Of a stretch of DNA of 64,000 nucleotides, positions 13,712-26,206 are shown one piece after another. The stretch lies in assembly GCF_009914755.1 (NCBI RefSeq), contig NC_060929.1. One strand, given 5' to 3'. The translations under genes and the position numbers were made by a program. Each line of letters opens with the position of its first letter. Position 1 is the first letter of the stretch. Source of the DNA: the human T2T-CHM13v2.0 reference genome, Homo sapiens. The notes beneath the pieces were generated by a model. The model was not told the origin of the DNA. It made no database searches and saw only the letters and a list, made by a program, of their open reading frames with translations.

Positions 13712-14150
13712 TGTTGCGGCAGAGATGGTCAGCTATCCTGTAAACATTATGTTCCCCATTCCACGGGTAGGGTAGTCTTGGGAATGAGGCTGCCCAATCA
13801 ACGTCCATATTTCTTAGCTGGATAGCATTTAAGTGTACTACTGTTTCTCACCAATAGAAGGTAAGTGGAAGTAATGTGTGAAATTTCTGAGCCAGAGAGA
13901 TTAAAAAGCTGGTGTATCTTCGCTTTTTCTTTCTTCGCCTTCTGGCTAGATGTTGACAAACAGGCTGATCTTGAACAGGGGCAGAACATCCTTCAGACTG
14001 GATCTTTGGATGGCCCTGTGAAATGGTTGTCTCTCCCTGTTCCCCACATCGACTTGGGCTTTACATTAAGTGAGAAATAAATTTTCATTATGTTAAGCCA
14101 TTGACATTTCAGAGTTTATTTACCACATCAGCTAGTATTTGTTAACTCAT
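13712..14150 (+). mobile_element. MLT1 (MaLR) LTR
   Basis: catttctgagccagag, gagaaataaattttcattatgttaagccattg resemble the MLT1 LTR 3' end. Confidence 0.6.
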
Positions 14151-14249
14151 CTAGATATCTACCACTGAAAAATTCTGATACAAGGAAACATACAATAAAA
14201 TTAATTGTAGTGTTGCTCACTCTGAGGATAAAATGGGAAAGAACAACTG

Positions 14250-15100
14250 TGGGTTATTCATATGATTAAATACTATACAGTAGTTAAAATGACTAGATCT
14301 ATGTATGTATCAACATGGAAAAATCTGAACAATAACATGGAGTGAAAAAGGTGGGTTTCAAAAGGATGTGTGCAGGATGAAGCCATTTTACAAAATTGTA
14401 AAACACATAAAACAATATAAGATTGTTTACAGACATATAACTATACAGTAAAATTACCAAAACATGTATAGGAAGGATACATTAAGCTTAGTGGGTAGCC
14501 CTAGGGGAAGAAGAAGAAAATGAGGTGTGGGATGGAAGAAAGCTTTAGCTATAATGTTAACTTTTATTCATTTTTAAAAGGAGAGTTCTGAGTATGGACA
14601 AATTTTAATGTTGGAATTTGAGGAGTCCCTCAAAATAGCACCCTTCTTCTCACCTAAGTTCTGGACCAAATAGAAGGCAGTCAAAGTCAGACAGGTGGTC
14701 AACAAAATGCCACATTTATTACTAGCTAAATAGATGATGCAAATGTGGCTCAGATCTGGAATTCAAAATATTGGACCCATAGAAATACACAGGAGTGCTC
14801 ATCCAGTCACCAACAGGGCTAGCCCTCCCACACAGGGGCCTTTGAAATGTAGCTTGTCACATGGCAGAAAGCAATGAAGAACATATGTACCCTGTGGTCA
14901 AGCATGCTGTCAAAAGGAAGAAAACAGCAAGAGAAATGAGTAGTTATTGCTCCCAAACCTTAGAGTGCATTAAAATGCACCCCATCCCCACCCCAACAGT
15001 TAGCATCTCCTTAATCTTGGAGGTGGTTACATAGGCATCTGTTACATTATTTTTCTTTACTTTTTTGTTTGTTTGAAATATTTCCTAGTTAAAAATTTAA
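14250..15100 (+). mobile_element. L1ME 3' fragment interrupted by a ~410-bp LTR-like insert (~14589-14998)
   Basis: tatgtatcaacatggaaaaatctgaacaataac is L1ME 3'UTR-like; the inner segment runs TG...CA and is unassigned. Confidence 0.45.
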
Positions 15101-15379
15101 ATTAGAAGACTCTTTAGTGTAAATGCCTCCCAAGTGTCCAGGAGCCCTCCTGTGATACAGAAATCATGCTTCAATGTCAATACTTCTTTTGCATTAAGGC
15201 TCATAGTGAAAAACAAAAGCACTAAGACCAAGTATCTTTGCTGGGCATTGTCAAAATGAGTTCTTCAAATGCTCTGGAGTTTGTCCAGTGGATCTAGGCA
15301 CTTCACTTTAGGAAAATAGCCAAGTGGACCATAATACTGTCTAGATTCAGATTTATGTTTAAATGACATTTCTCAACTG

Positions 15380-15620
15380 AGAGACCCGAGTGAAATGGTT
15401 GAATGTTTATGGACTCTAAAGTCAGACCTAAATAAAAATCTAGGCTCTCCCACTGACCTACTAGCTATGTGAATCTTCACACATCACTTAACTCTGAGTT
15501 TCTGTCTGTTTTCTTACCTGCCTGGTCAGGTTGTTCGCAAGGTTTAAATGAAGTAATGGTTCCTGGCACTGGGCAGAGACTGTGCAGTTGACAGGTAGAG
15601 CCCAGAGTCTTCCTATGTAT
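15380..15620 (+). mobile_element. MIR
   Basis: Degenerate MIR core (tagctatgtgaatctt...cacttaactctgagtttc). Confidence 0.6.
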
Positions 15621-17199
15621 GTGTGTGTTCTTTAGAGATGGTCTCAGGGCATGCTCTCCATGCAAACAACAATACATGTCGCTCCATGAACACTAATCTT
15701 TCTTATCCACCAAATAGGTAAAAGCTATTCTATAAACTCCATTTAGAAAATGCATTTTGTTACATGATTAGAACAAATGTCCAATATTTAATTTGTTTCA
15801 GTAAAATCTGGGTAGAATCCTCTTTCAGTTCAATAAAAATATAATCCTACTGGAAGACATACTTCTCATCTGCCCCACATATCTCACTGGAATCTGTATC
15901 TTAATGAAATTCTGAATTCTTGCTAGAGTTAATGTTTCCTAGATCTGTCCAGATAGGTATAAAATAATCTACATGAAGAATATTAAAGATGGGTCAGGAC
16001 TATTATTTCAGAGATCTTGCTTGACATTTAGAACCACCAGATTTAAATCTGGATTAAATTTATTTGCTTACTTTATAATTGTCTGTTTGCCTCCACTAGT
16101 ACATAAGCTCTGTGCAACCTTGGAATTTCACTTAGTACATAATAGGTACTTAATAAGGCATTGTTGAATAAATGAATTAAAAGATTTTCACTATTCAACT
16201 ATAAAAATAATGTCTGAGCTAGAAAATAAGGTTGGCATTCAGACTAAGTGTCTTTCATTTAAATGCAATAAGAGTTTTTCTCTAAATTCAATAAATTATT
16301 TTAACTTTCCCCCTTTTTCATCTCTAAAGTTAAATCTAGAACCTTTTACATGTATGAACTGCATACATTTACATTGTATGTACACATGAGTCCATTTTTA
16401 ATGATAATATCCATATGCTACTGCCTAATGCATGAGATATGTTTTGTCCTAGGAGTGGATCCTGAAAAATATGATGTCTGCTGAACAGCAGCCTTAGTTC
16501 ATCTGTGTGTAGGTAACTTAAGGGGCTGTTTAGGTCTGTCATTCTATTGTGGAGTGTTTGTCTAAGTTTAGTAACAGTACAGATGAATGTCTGTTAGAGG
16601 TCTTTCCAAGGATAAATGACATCATTTCTTCCATGTGACAAGTCTATTTTTATTTTTTGTGAAAATATTGGAGAACTAGTTTAAGGTACAAGGCTATTTT
16701 CCCTACTAGGCTTTGTATGTTAATAGCTTCTCATGCATTTTTTAGAAACTACAAAGGGAACTATAAACAAAATGTTCAAAGAGTGTTTATAAGTGATTTT
16801 TGTTCTCTTCTGAAAGAGGGACTTGACTTTTTAACCATGATCCCAGAGACATTGAAGGGAAAAATTACCCCCAGGTATTTAAGTGAGCTCAGCACTTGGG
16901 AATTTCATTTTTTTTTTGCTGGCCTTAATGGCAGGTAGATGAAGATTGACAAGAAATAATGTAATTACTAGTTAAAATATACCTCCCATAGACTTTCCAA
17001 GTATGTTGCCTAAATGGTAGGAGATAGGACCCATGTAGGAGAATGCACTTCAAAAGCACATTCTGAATAGTTCTACTACTTGACACTTATTTTTTGCATT
17101 CTGACCGCATATTGCTCTTTGACCTAAATTAATTTTCCCTAAAAATTTCTTATTTTCTACTTCAGACATGTTTTATAGTTGTAGGGTAAAAATCCTGCT

Positions 17200-17795
17200 G
17201 GTTCATTCATTCATTCATTTAATGATGATTTATTAGCTACCTATTATATAAAAGAAGATATTCCAGGTTCTCATAGAGCTTATGTACTAATGGAGGGAGA
17301 TGCACAAAGATTAAGGAGGCAAATGAAGAAACAAGATAATTTCAGCTAGTGATGAGGGCTATGAGTGAAATAAAATGGGAAGATGTGATGGAGAGTGTGA
17401 GTGGGTGGTCTTGAGAGAAGGTTGGTTGGGGAAGTGCCATTTGAGCCAAGACCAGCATGTGAGCAGGAGTCAGCCCTGTGAAGATATACGGACACACTCT
17501 TCCAGGCAGAGGGAAGAGACGAAAGCAGGTGCAAACATCCGAAGGCAGAGCATGCTTGGCATGTGCTAGGAATGAAAGAAGGCTTATGAGCTTGGCTCAA
17601 GGGAGTGAGGGGAGAAGAGTGGCAGATTAAGGTCAGAGGAGGAACTAGAGCAGGATCATGGAATTTGGACTTTATGCTAAAATAAGAAGCTGCTGGAAGA
17701 TTTTAGTCAAGGGAGGTACCTAATCTGATTTGTGTTTTCAATCTGATTTGTGTTTTCAAAGATTACTCTGCATACTGTATGGAGAATAGATCCAT
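17200..17795 (-). mobile_element. L2 fragment
   Basis: (TTCA)n start followed by antisense L2 body; contains an 18-bp perfect tandem duplication at 17722-17757. Confidence 0.75.
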
Positions 17796-18413
17796 TTTAG
17801 CCTTGTATTTTGCACTGACACCAATTAAACCAGTATTTCTACCTGGGTCAGTAAAATAATTATTATTTTTATTTTATTATGAATCTAGATTAGTTTATGA
17901 TCTCTCCCATTATTCTTTTTTATCTTTACACTTGACTTGCAGAAATAGCAGGGCTTTTTTAGGTAATAATCTTTCCTATCCTCAGAGAACATGCCCAGAA
18001 TGACCTAGAACAGGGGAAAAATCAGCCCATTGCTTCGTGCATTCCTAGCAAACATATTTGTTTGTCTGACCTGGAAAACCCATGCTACAACTGTGCCAAA
18101 AACCAAGACCTTTTGATAGGTCAGCTATACATGATTAATTAAAGTGACTCTGTAGTTTTCCTGGAAAGTAGAAGCCTTATTCTACCAAGCTACTGCCCTC
18201 ATGATACAGGCCTAAAACATGTATGGATTTTCTAAGAGAGAGGCTTCAGAATTATGATGGAAGGATAAACTATTTGGAATATGACTGTATCAGGCTCTTA
18301 ATGGATGGGAGAGGTTTGTTCTCCAAGACATCAGGGTGAACTTTTATAATAATAGTGAGAACAATAGTAAACACTTACTAAGCATTTAGGTTTCGCCAAG
18401 CCATCATTTAAAT

Positions 18414-18650
18414 CAGGTGTCAGCAAACTTCTTCTGTAAAGGACCAGATAGTAAATATTTTCAGTGCTGTGAGCCATATGATCTCTGTCACAAGTACTCA
18501 ACTCTGTTGTAATGAGAAAGCAGCCACAGATATTATGTAAGGGATGAATGTGCCTGTGCTCCAATAAAACTTTATTTCCCAAAACAGATGGTAGGATTTG
18601 TGGGATTTGGCCACAAATTTGGCCCACGGGACATAGTTTGATGACCTCTG
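18414..18650. mobile_element. MER58A (hAT-Charlie MITE)
   Basis: Termini caggtgtcagcaaact ... agtttgatgacctctg; imperfect 8-bp TSD atttaaat/atctacat. Confidence 0.85.
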
Positions 18651-19679
18651 ATCTACATGACTGACATATATGAAATTATTTGATCCTCAAAATACCCTGA
18701 TTGTTATTATTATTTTTAATTTACAGGTGAGGAACTTGTGGTTGAGAGAGGTCATGTAACTGGCCCCAGACAGTGTAGCTCAGACATTGTAGAGCTGAGG
18801 TTCACACTCACACAGTGTGGCTCCAGAAGCCAAGCACTGACTCACTGTGAATGTGGCTGGGCCAGGGCTAGCCCATACTTAGTCACCCATAGACTTAATT
18901 GACACATTTATGTTATCTGGTCTCTTTATCTGTAAGATGTCTACCTCATAGGATTGTTAGAGAATAAAATGTTGGGGAATGAAATGAACCGACAGCACAA
19001 TTCTTGTATCAGCACCGTGCTTTGGAGGAGTTGTCAAGTCACTCCGCATTTGTGTGTCCTTTTGGTATAATATTTGAGGAAATACCTGAAGTCTCTGGGC
19101 TACACTGAGCACCTGTGACTGGGTATGTGTGTTGGCCTTGGCAGTTCCTAGAAGAATGGTAGTATTATCAGTCCGTGGTTTTTCTACTTATGTTTTTTCC
19201 TCTATATACTTCATGCAATTATTTTGAGGACCAAATAAAAGGGAAAGAAATACAGAGAATTGTGGAGAATTAAGAATTTCTGTGATAACAGAAATTCTGA
19301 AGCATGTTGTATGCATATAGTGAGAACATTTATGCTTCACTTTCTTTCTCTAAAAATATGGATAAGTATGTGTTATTTAAAAGCCATGCCAGGAACTCTT
19401 TGATTTTTAAAAGATTAATAACAACATTTGGAGTTAAAGTTTAATATTATTTTAGAGAGCATACTTTTTATGATAAAATCCACTTCATCTGTGTTAAGAA
19501 GCTAAGTCAAAGAGGAAGTCCTTTGGATTACTTTTTTGAATCTAAAGGTCCCTCAGTGCTCACTCTCTATACATCATTTGTACTTCCATAGGGCTCCCTT
19601 TTTATATATGTCTCTTGAAAAAACACTATTGTGTGCAATGGAAATATATTTTGTGCAGAGCTTCTATTTATTATTTTTT

Positions 19680-20885
19680 GTTTTTGCTTTGAAATAATTA
19701 TAATTATTATAACTATTGTGAATAATTATAGATTCATGAGAAGTTACAAAAAATGTGTAGACAGGGATGTCCCGAGTACCCTTTATCCAGCTTCCTCCAT
19801 TTGTATCATCTTGCATAACTGTAGCTCAACATCAAAACCAAAAAATGGACAACGGTAAAACACACAGAGCTTATTCAGATTTTACCAGTTTTATATGTCC
19901 TTAATTGTGCATGTGTGTGTGTGTGTGTACATAGTCCTATGCAATATTATCACATGTGTAGATTAGTGTAACCATGACCATAATCAAGATACAAAACTGT
20001 TTCATCCACACAAGGCTCCCTCATGCTATCCTTTAATAGTCAAGTCCCCACTCCCTAAACACTAATCTGGCAACTGTTAATCTGTTCTCCATTTCTATAA
20101 TTTTGTTATGTTAAGAATGTTACAATAAATGGTGTCACACTTTATGTACCCTTTCGATATTGGCATTTTTCACTCAGCATGATTCCTGTTAGATCCATGC
20201 ATTATCTATCTTGTTGCATGTATCAATAGTTTGTTCTTTTTATTGCTGAGTAGTATTCCATGGTATGGATGTACCACAGTTCGTTTAACCATTCATCCAC
20301 TGAAGGATGTCTGGGTTGTTTACAGGTTTTGGATGTTATGAGTAAAGCTGCTATGAATATTCATGTACAGGTTCTTGTGTGAACATGAGTTTTCATTTCT
20401 CTGAGATAAATGTCCAAAAGTGCAATTGCTGAGCTGTATGGTGTGTTAGTTTGTTTTCTGTTGCTATAACAGAATACCTAAGACTGGGTAATTTATAAAG
20501 AAAAGAAATTTGTTTCCTCTAGTTCTGGAGGCTGAGAAGTCCAAGATCATATCACTGGCATCTGGTGAGGGCCTGCTTGCTGTGTCACAACATGGTGGAA
20601 AGCATCACATAGCAAGAGGGCAAGAGCATGTGTGTATGGTAGCCCAGGTTTCTCATCCTGTTCTTATAAAGCCACCAGTCCCATCATGAGAGCCCCATCC
20701 TGATGAGCTTATCTCATCCTAATCATCTCCCCAAGTCCCACTTCTAATCATCATATAAACTTGGGGATTACGTTTCCAATACATGGAATTTGGTGGATAC
20801 ATTCAAACCATAGCATATGGTATGTGCATGTTTAGTTTTAAAGAAACTGCCAAATTGTATTCCAGTGTGACTGTACCATTTTATT
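19680..20885 (-). mobile_element. L1MC-type 3' end with nested MaLR LTR
   Basis: Antisense L1 3' region (ttattgctgagtagtattccatggtatggatgtaccacag). Confidence 0.85.
20442..20815 (-). mobile_element. MST (MSTC/D-like) MaLR solo LTR
   Basis: TG...CA ends; perfect 5-bp TSD TATGG (20437-20441, 20816-20820); MST motifs (agaatacctaagactgggtaatttataaag). Confidence 0.88.
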
Positions 20886-21519
20886 TCTATTTATTTTCTA
20901 AAGTATATGTTAAATAATAAAACACTTTTGTTATTTAATATTAACTGCAATATTTATTATGTGTATTTTAAAATTTAATCAAGTTGTTTATTTTACCACT
21001 TGGTAAATTACAAAATTCATCTTAGAGATTTATTTTTAATGTAAAATTAACCTAATAGAGGAAGAGAATGTAATCCTCTTAGTGTTCTTCTGCTATTGAA
21101 TATACGTTATGTAGTTGATCTTTATTGATGTTTACCTCTTTAGTCTTATAAAAAAGCTGTTGCACTCCAAGGATATACAGAATGTGTTTTTTTCCTCTTT
21201 TCATAAATAGAGAATATAAATAAAGTGAAACCAAAAGATTCTTCCAATAACATACAGTTTAAGAGGAGAAGCCCTTATTGGGTTGGCTCAAAGTAAAATT
21301 TAAAAACCACAGAAGAACTTGATTTTTGTCTCTTCTCTTCCTTTATATTGTATGTAGGTAGATCAAAAGATCAAATTTCAAGAACTTTAAAAAAAGTCAG
21401 AATGTGCTTAGAAATAAAGGTAGGATTCTATATATAAGGAGCAAACAGAAACTAGGACAACGGGTGACACAATTTCATGGACTGCAGAAGAAAAAGAGTC
21501 CATGATCAACTGCAATATC

Positions 21520-21870
21520 CATGACTCAACTGACAAATATTTGTTGAGAACCCACTATATGCCAGACACTGTAATGGGAGCTGTGGGGAGATGGGAGTTT
21601 AAAGATTTAGGATAAGAAATATAATGCCACCCAAACCCTTCCTGTCTAGCTGGGAGGCAGTGGATCATGCATGAAGAGACTGGAGAGTGATACAGAAAGG
21701 CAGATACTTAATGACAATGGCTGACATGCACTTGATTGTGGGCCGAACACTGGGCAGAGTTTTGCAGATGTTACTCAATCCTCACAACAACTCTGTGAGG
21801 TCACTCTCAGCATTACCATTTTACAGATGAGGAAACTGAGGACTGAGGAGTTAAAATATAACATGTTATT
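21520..21870 (-). mobile_element. L2 fragment followed by MIR
   Basis: aaatatttgttgagaacccactatatgccag; ccattttacagatgaggaaactgagg. Confidence 0.65.
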
Positions 21871-24299
21871 TACAACAGTCATTTTCCATGTTCACTGAAA
21901 GAGTCTTTCTCATCTATATTATCTTTCCTGTCTTGAAGATGGAATGGACACATTCTCTCTCTTACAAATGTGTAGGCTGAGCTGGGAGGCAACTATAGGA
22001 TACAATCTTCTCTGGCCAAATGTAGCACCAAGGCTTACTCTAGCCACTGCATATTGAACTTCTCTGAGCTCCAGGAAGCAGGGATTACAACCCAGATCCT
22101 TTCCACTCCTCCATCTTTGTTTTCCACCTTTCTTTTGGCCAAAACCCCTTGTCAAACATTTTACACTGAAGAAAAGGAAAAGCAAGGAATTTCTTTGAAA
22201 AATAAAGTAGGGAAGGAGTCAGTCCCACCTGTTCTCACCACTTCCCTCCCATGGAGGCCCCTGAAGGGCTCATATTTAAGAAGCTCCTGCACCAAGCCCT
22301 GCTGACTCTTGTTTTTTCTCTGAACCTAGGAGGCACAAAACCATTATCCTTTTGGCTGCAATGGAATGAGAGTCCTGTTGAGAAAATGGAAGTGGTACCC
22401 AGGTGAGCAGGGTGAAGGAGGTCACACCTCACTTACTTGAGTACTTGGAAGGCCCAGGTGCCCAAAGGGTCCCACCTCATCTGCTCCTCTTCTTGCTAAC
22501 ACCGGGATTCCACAATTAGAGCATTGATGTTAAAATGCAGGTGTTTTTAAAGGAGTAAAAGTTTAAGCTATAGTCAGTCTGTCATTTGCACCTAAATCTT
22601 AATTAAAATTTTGAAAGTTGTTAACAGCTGGGAGAAAGAAGCAAAAGATTGCCCAAACTGGGAAACCAGGCTAAAAAATATCCCTCAGCTTCACAATATT
22701 TTTGAGATCCAGACTTCAATGTGATATTGTGTCCAGAAACCTTCCTGCCTGATTCAAGTAGGTGAAACCATATCAGAGCAGAGGCAGTTCAAGGCACAAA
22801 CAAGCTGCACAAAGCATTTGCTTGGCTTTTGTACTGGGCTTTAAATAGAAAACACAACGGCTATGTCCAGATTTGAGAATTTCATATGGAACATGAGGTC
22901 ATCCAGCCGCTTTTTAAAACAGGCAAATCTTTTAAAGTAGATTTTATTGCTTCCAAAATAATTTGGTATTCTTTGGAGGCTTGCTTTCTTTTATACCATG
23001 TGGTTTTCTTTTGGCTTCTTAGATTAAAAGAATATGATAAATATATTCAACATTTAAAAAACAAACCCAAAGTTATGCATGTTCAAGAGAGAGAACTTTC
23101 ACCCTTGCGTTTCTGATGTCAGTCTTTGATACTCTGCCAGGATTTGATTTTGAGCCATTAATCCATTGGGATGATATAAAAATCTATGTCCTCTGCCCCA
23201 TGACCCACAGCTGGAGGCATTCAACAGAAAAACTAACATTACAGATGATGTTTCACAGAGCCCACTGGCAGCTTTCAGGGTCAGAGGTTCTAAAAAGAGG
23301 AAAATTTTATAGAGAGTTTCTATGTAAAGATTCTTAGCAAGTCTCTCTCTTTTGACTATTCTGATCCACTCATCTTTCCTTTTTGTAGAGTGAAAAGAGA
23401 TTAGAACAAGATAGACTGAACACATATGCCTACCTCTCCAAATCCTTTCAATTAACAGAATACATATTTTATAAATAAATAAATGCATATAATGCCGGAA
23501 AACAAGAATGACTGCCATTAATGTACTAGGAATTTTGAAAGTTACCTGAAAAACAGAAAGAACTTAGGATTGGGTTGATAAAGGAAATCATAGCAGCCCA
23601 GACCACTGCTGGGAGGACTGCTGCAGAGGTGGGAGCTGTTCTGGTACGTCCAAGCACAGAGACGCTGGACTCCAGATGTGAACAAATGAGACTCACACAC
23701 TATGGGGAGTTTGTGACTTACTGGAAACAATGTATGAAAAATTCAATTTCTATATATTTTCCCTAGAAAAATACATGTATACATGCACAAAGAGTATGAG
23801 TAAGTTATTCATTGTAGGATTGACTGAATTATGATACAATCATGTGATATGTTTACAACAGTGGGAAATAAAAAAACTACTGGCATTTAAAATCCTGTAC
23901 TAGCATGTACAGATGTCTATGACACTGTGCTAAGCTTTAAAAAAGCTTTTAAAAAGTAGTAGAATTAACCCTAAAAGCCTAATTCTGCTTATCTTAAATT
24001 CCAGTGGTTAATTTTCTGTATGTAAATCTATAAATATATGTATGTATTTGTGTAAATATATATAAAATTGTCTGGAAGGATATATATATATATATCAAAC
24101 TGTTAGCCATGATTACATTCTTTTTTAACATGCTTCTGTGTAGATTGAATTTGAAGAAATAGAATATACTTATGTATTGTGTGATTTTTTAAAAAAAATT
24201 AAAGTTTTAAGGACATAGAGGAAACCAACTATTGCAAACAACCAAAGTGCTAGACTTAATAAAGTTCTAATTAATAGATTTCAGGTAAATACATTATTC

Positions 24300-25987
24300 C
24301 TTACTGTGCTTATTCCTAGTCTCACTATGTATCATAGTTTAAAAAATATGTGTGATACCCTCAGGCTGGGAAAAGTGGACCAAGTAATAGCAAATGCCTC
24401 TCTCTGCTTTAGAAGTAAAAGGGAAGGACCATGCTTGGGAGATCTCAAGTATTGTAACATCACACTTGTAATTGCTGAAATTCAAAGATTTGGGGAAGAG
24501 AATGCAACAAGCATAATCTACAACTATCGGAAGCCCTAGTAGGGGGCTTTCAGAATCTAGCTGCTCCCATTGGTTGGAAGTCTCAATGGGAATGGCATGC
24601 TCTAAATAACCACCTTGACTGTAATGTAAAGAATAACACATGGGCCTTTCCAAACATGCCCCGTCATGGAACTCCAAACCCTTGTATGACGTTTGCTAAT
24701 AGTAGTGGCTTACAAATATGTGGGCGAACTGGAGACATCTGGACCGACAGCCCTTGCCACAAGGATCTTCTGAGATATTGGCCAGGGCATATTATGTCTC
24801 TAATTTTTTGAAACTCCATTTGTCAGGTGGACCCTCTTCATTTGGCATGTCAAATTCCAAATGGCACTGTAAGTGACTATCCTAAATATGGTTATCCTTA
24901 TCCCAGGATGTCCTTATTATATGTAAAGAGGGAAAACTTCTGAGATATGAGAAAAATCTGCCAGTGTCTCTCACAAGCCACAACTTAAAACCATCTCTTC
25001 AAGGAACAGGGCTATATTTTCTGTGTGGCTCCTGGATACACTTAATCCTCCCAAGAAAGTGGAAGGGAATTTGTACTACAGTTGCAGTAGTTCCTGACTT
25101 ATTATTTTTAAGTTCTACTGAGATGGCAGCATCATCTGGGGACATCCCTAACTTAAGCTCTTTTCTAGAAACTGCACTAACTCGAATACACCAGACAAAA
25201 AGATCTATCATTTCTATGCCTTCATATGGAGATTTAACTGAAAGCGCAGACTGGGGAGGGCATGCACATGACAATCTCTTCTTAGAAGAATCCATGGATG
25301 GGAAATTCTATAGCCAGAGGTCTATTCTGGTCTGCAGACATACCTCTCCTTGAAAGATCAATACTTAATATCTCTGTTATGATGCAACGAGGATGGAAGG
25401 AAACTGTAGGGGCCATAGAGGCACGACAGCAATCTATAGTCTCTTTAGCCTCAGTAGTAACACAAAATAGACAGGCCTTCCATGTCCTTATGGCTGGAGT
25501 AGGAGGTACCTGTGCACTTTCAAATGAAACATGTTGCTTCTAGATTAACACCTCTAGTAAAGAAGAGGAAAATCTACAGGTGCTTAAAAGATCAAATCAA
25601 AATTTTTGACAGGCTCAGAGAAAATGCCGGCTTCAGCCCCCGGTGGCTACAATCCTTATTTAATGAATTCCAGTCTTCTTCATGGAATTGGTTGACCCCT
25701 TTATTAATCCCTCTCTTGCTTGTATATCTTGTATTAATATTTGGACCCTGTATACTCAATACTGTAACTCGATTGTTTCTTCTCACCTAGAATCAGTCAA
25801 ACTCCAAATGGTGCTGCAAACTGAACCACACATGGACACGCCGTTCTGAGGACCTTTAGATCAACCCCAGGAGAAGTCTTAGATGCTGTTCCCCATTCAA
25901 TGCCCCTTTTCAGCAGGAAGTAGCCAGATAGAGTTGTCACCCAGAACCCCCTAACAGCCGTTGGGGTGATATCTCCACAGGGAGAAA
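24300..25987 (+). pseudogene. env: Disrupted endogenous retrovirus (ERV1, gamma-type) envelope gene, 5'-truncated
   Basis: Consecutive ORFs give the SU C-terminal motif GLYFLCG...P..W.G.CT, a furin-like site (HQTKR|S), a heptad/ISD-like SLASVVTQNRQAFHVL, CX6CC (CALSNETCC) and a TM anchor (WLTPLLIPLLLVYLVLIFGPCILN). Frameshifts near 25300 and 25580; stop at 25541-25543; polypurine tract 25979-25987. Confidence 0.93.
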
Positions 25988-26206
25988 TGAGGTAGGAGTT
26001 ATTAAGAAATTATTTTAGACAGGTAGAGAGGAAAAAGGGGTCCTTGGAAAATTTTTTTACAGCTCTTCTCTAGCATGAAAGCCCTGGCTCTTAGACCCAG
26101 GCCAGCAACCTTTGATATGCAAATGCAAGCCGTTAGAAACTGGGTCCACCCAGCACGGCTGGGCTGGCAACCTTAATATGCAAATGCAAGTCATTAGAAA
26201 CTGGGT

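Larger units (their letters stand above)
2902..23500 (+). ncRNA. Candidate spliced transcript, probably lncRNA. Putative exons 2902-2987 (or -3067), 3494-3574, 8588/8627-8686, 11530-11614, 22330-22402, terminal exon 23023-~23500
   Basis: Pyrimidine-rich YAG acceptors paired with consensus donors (CAG|gtcagt, CAG|gtgggt, TGA|gtaagt, CAG|gtgagc) around 60-100 nt of unique sequence. Overlapping AATAAA at 23474-23483. Motif-based inference only; no expression data. Confidence 0.35.

Noticed and set aside
22330-22402. LSFWLQWNE resemblance to the MBOAT FW..WN motif
   Set aside because: Superficial; the surrounding transmembrane segments and catalytic His region are absent.
24964-25790. Functional syncytin-like env gene
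   Set aside because: 5'-truncated (no signal peptide or SU CXXC seen), with frameshifts and an in-frame stop.
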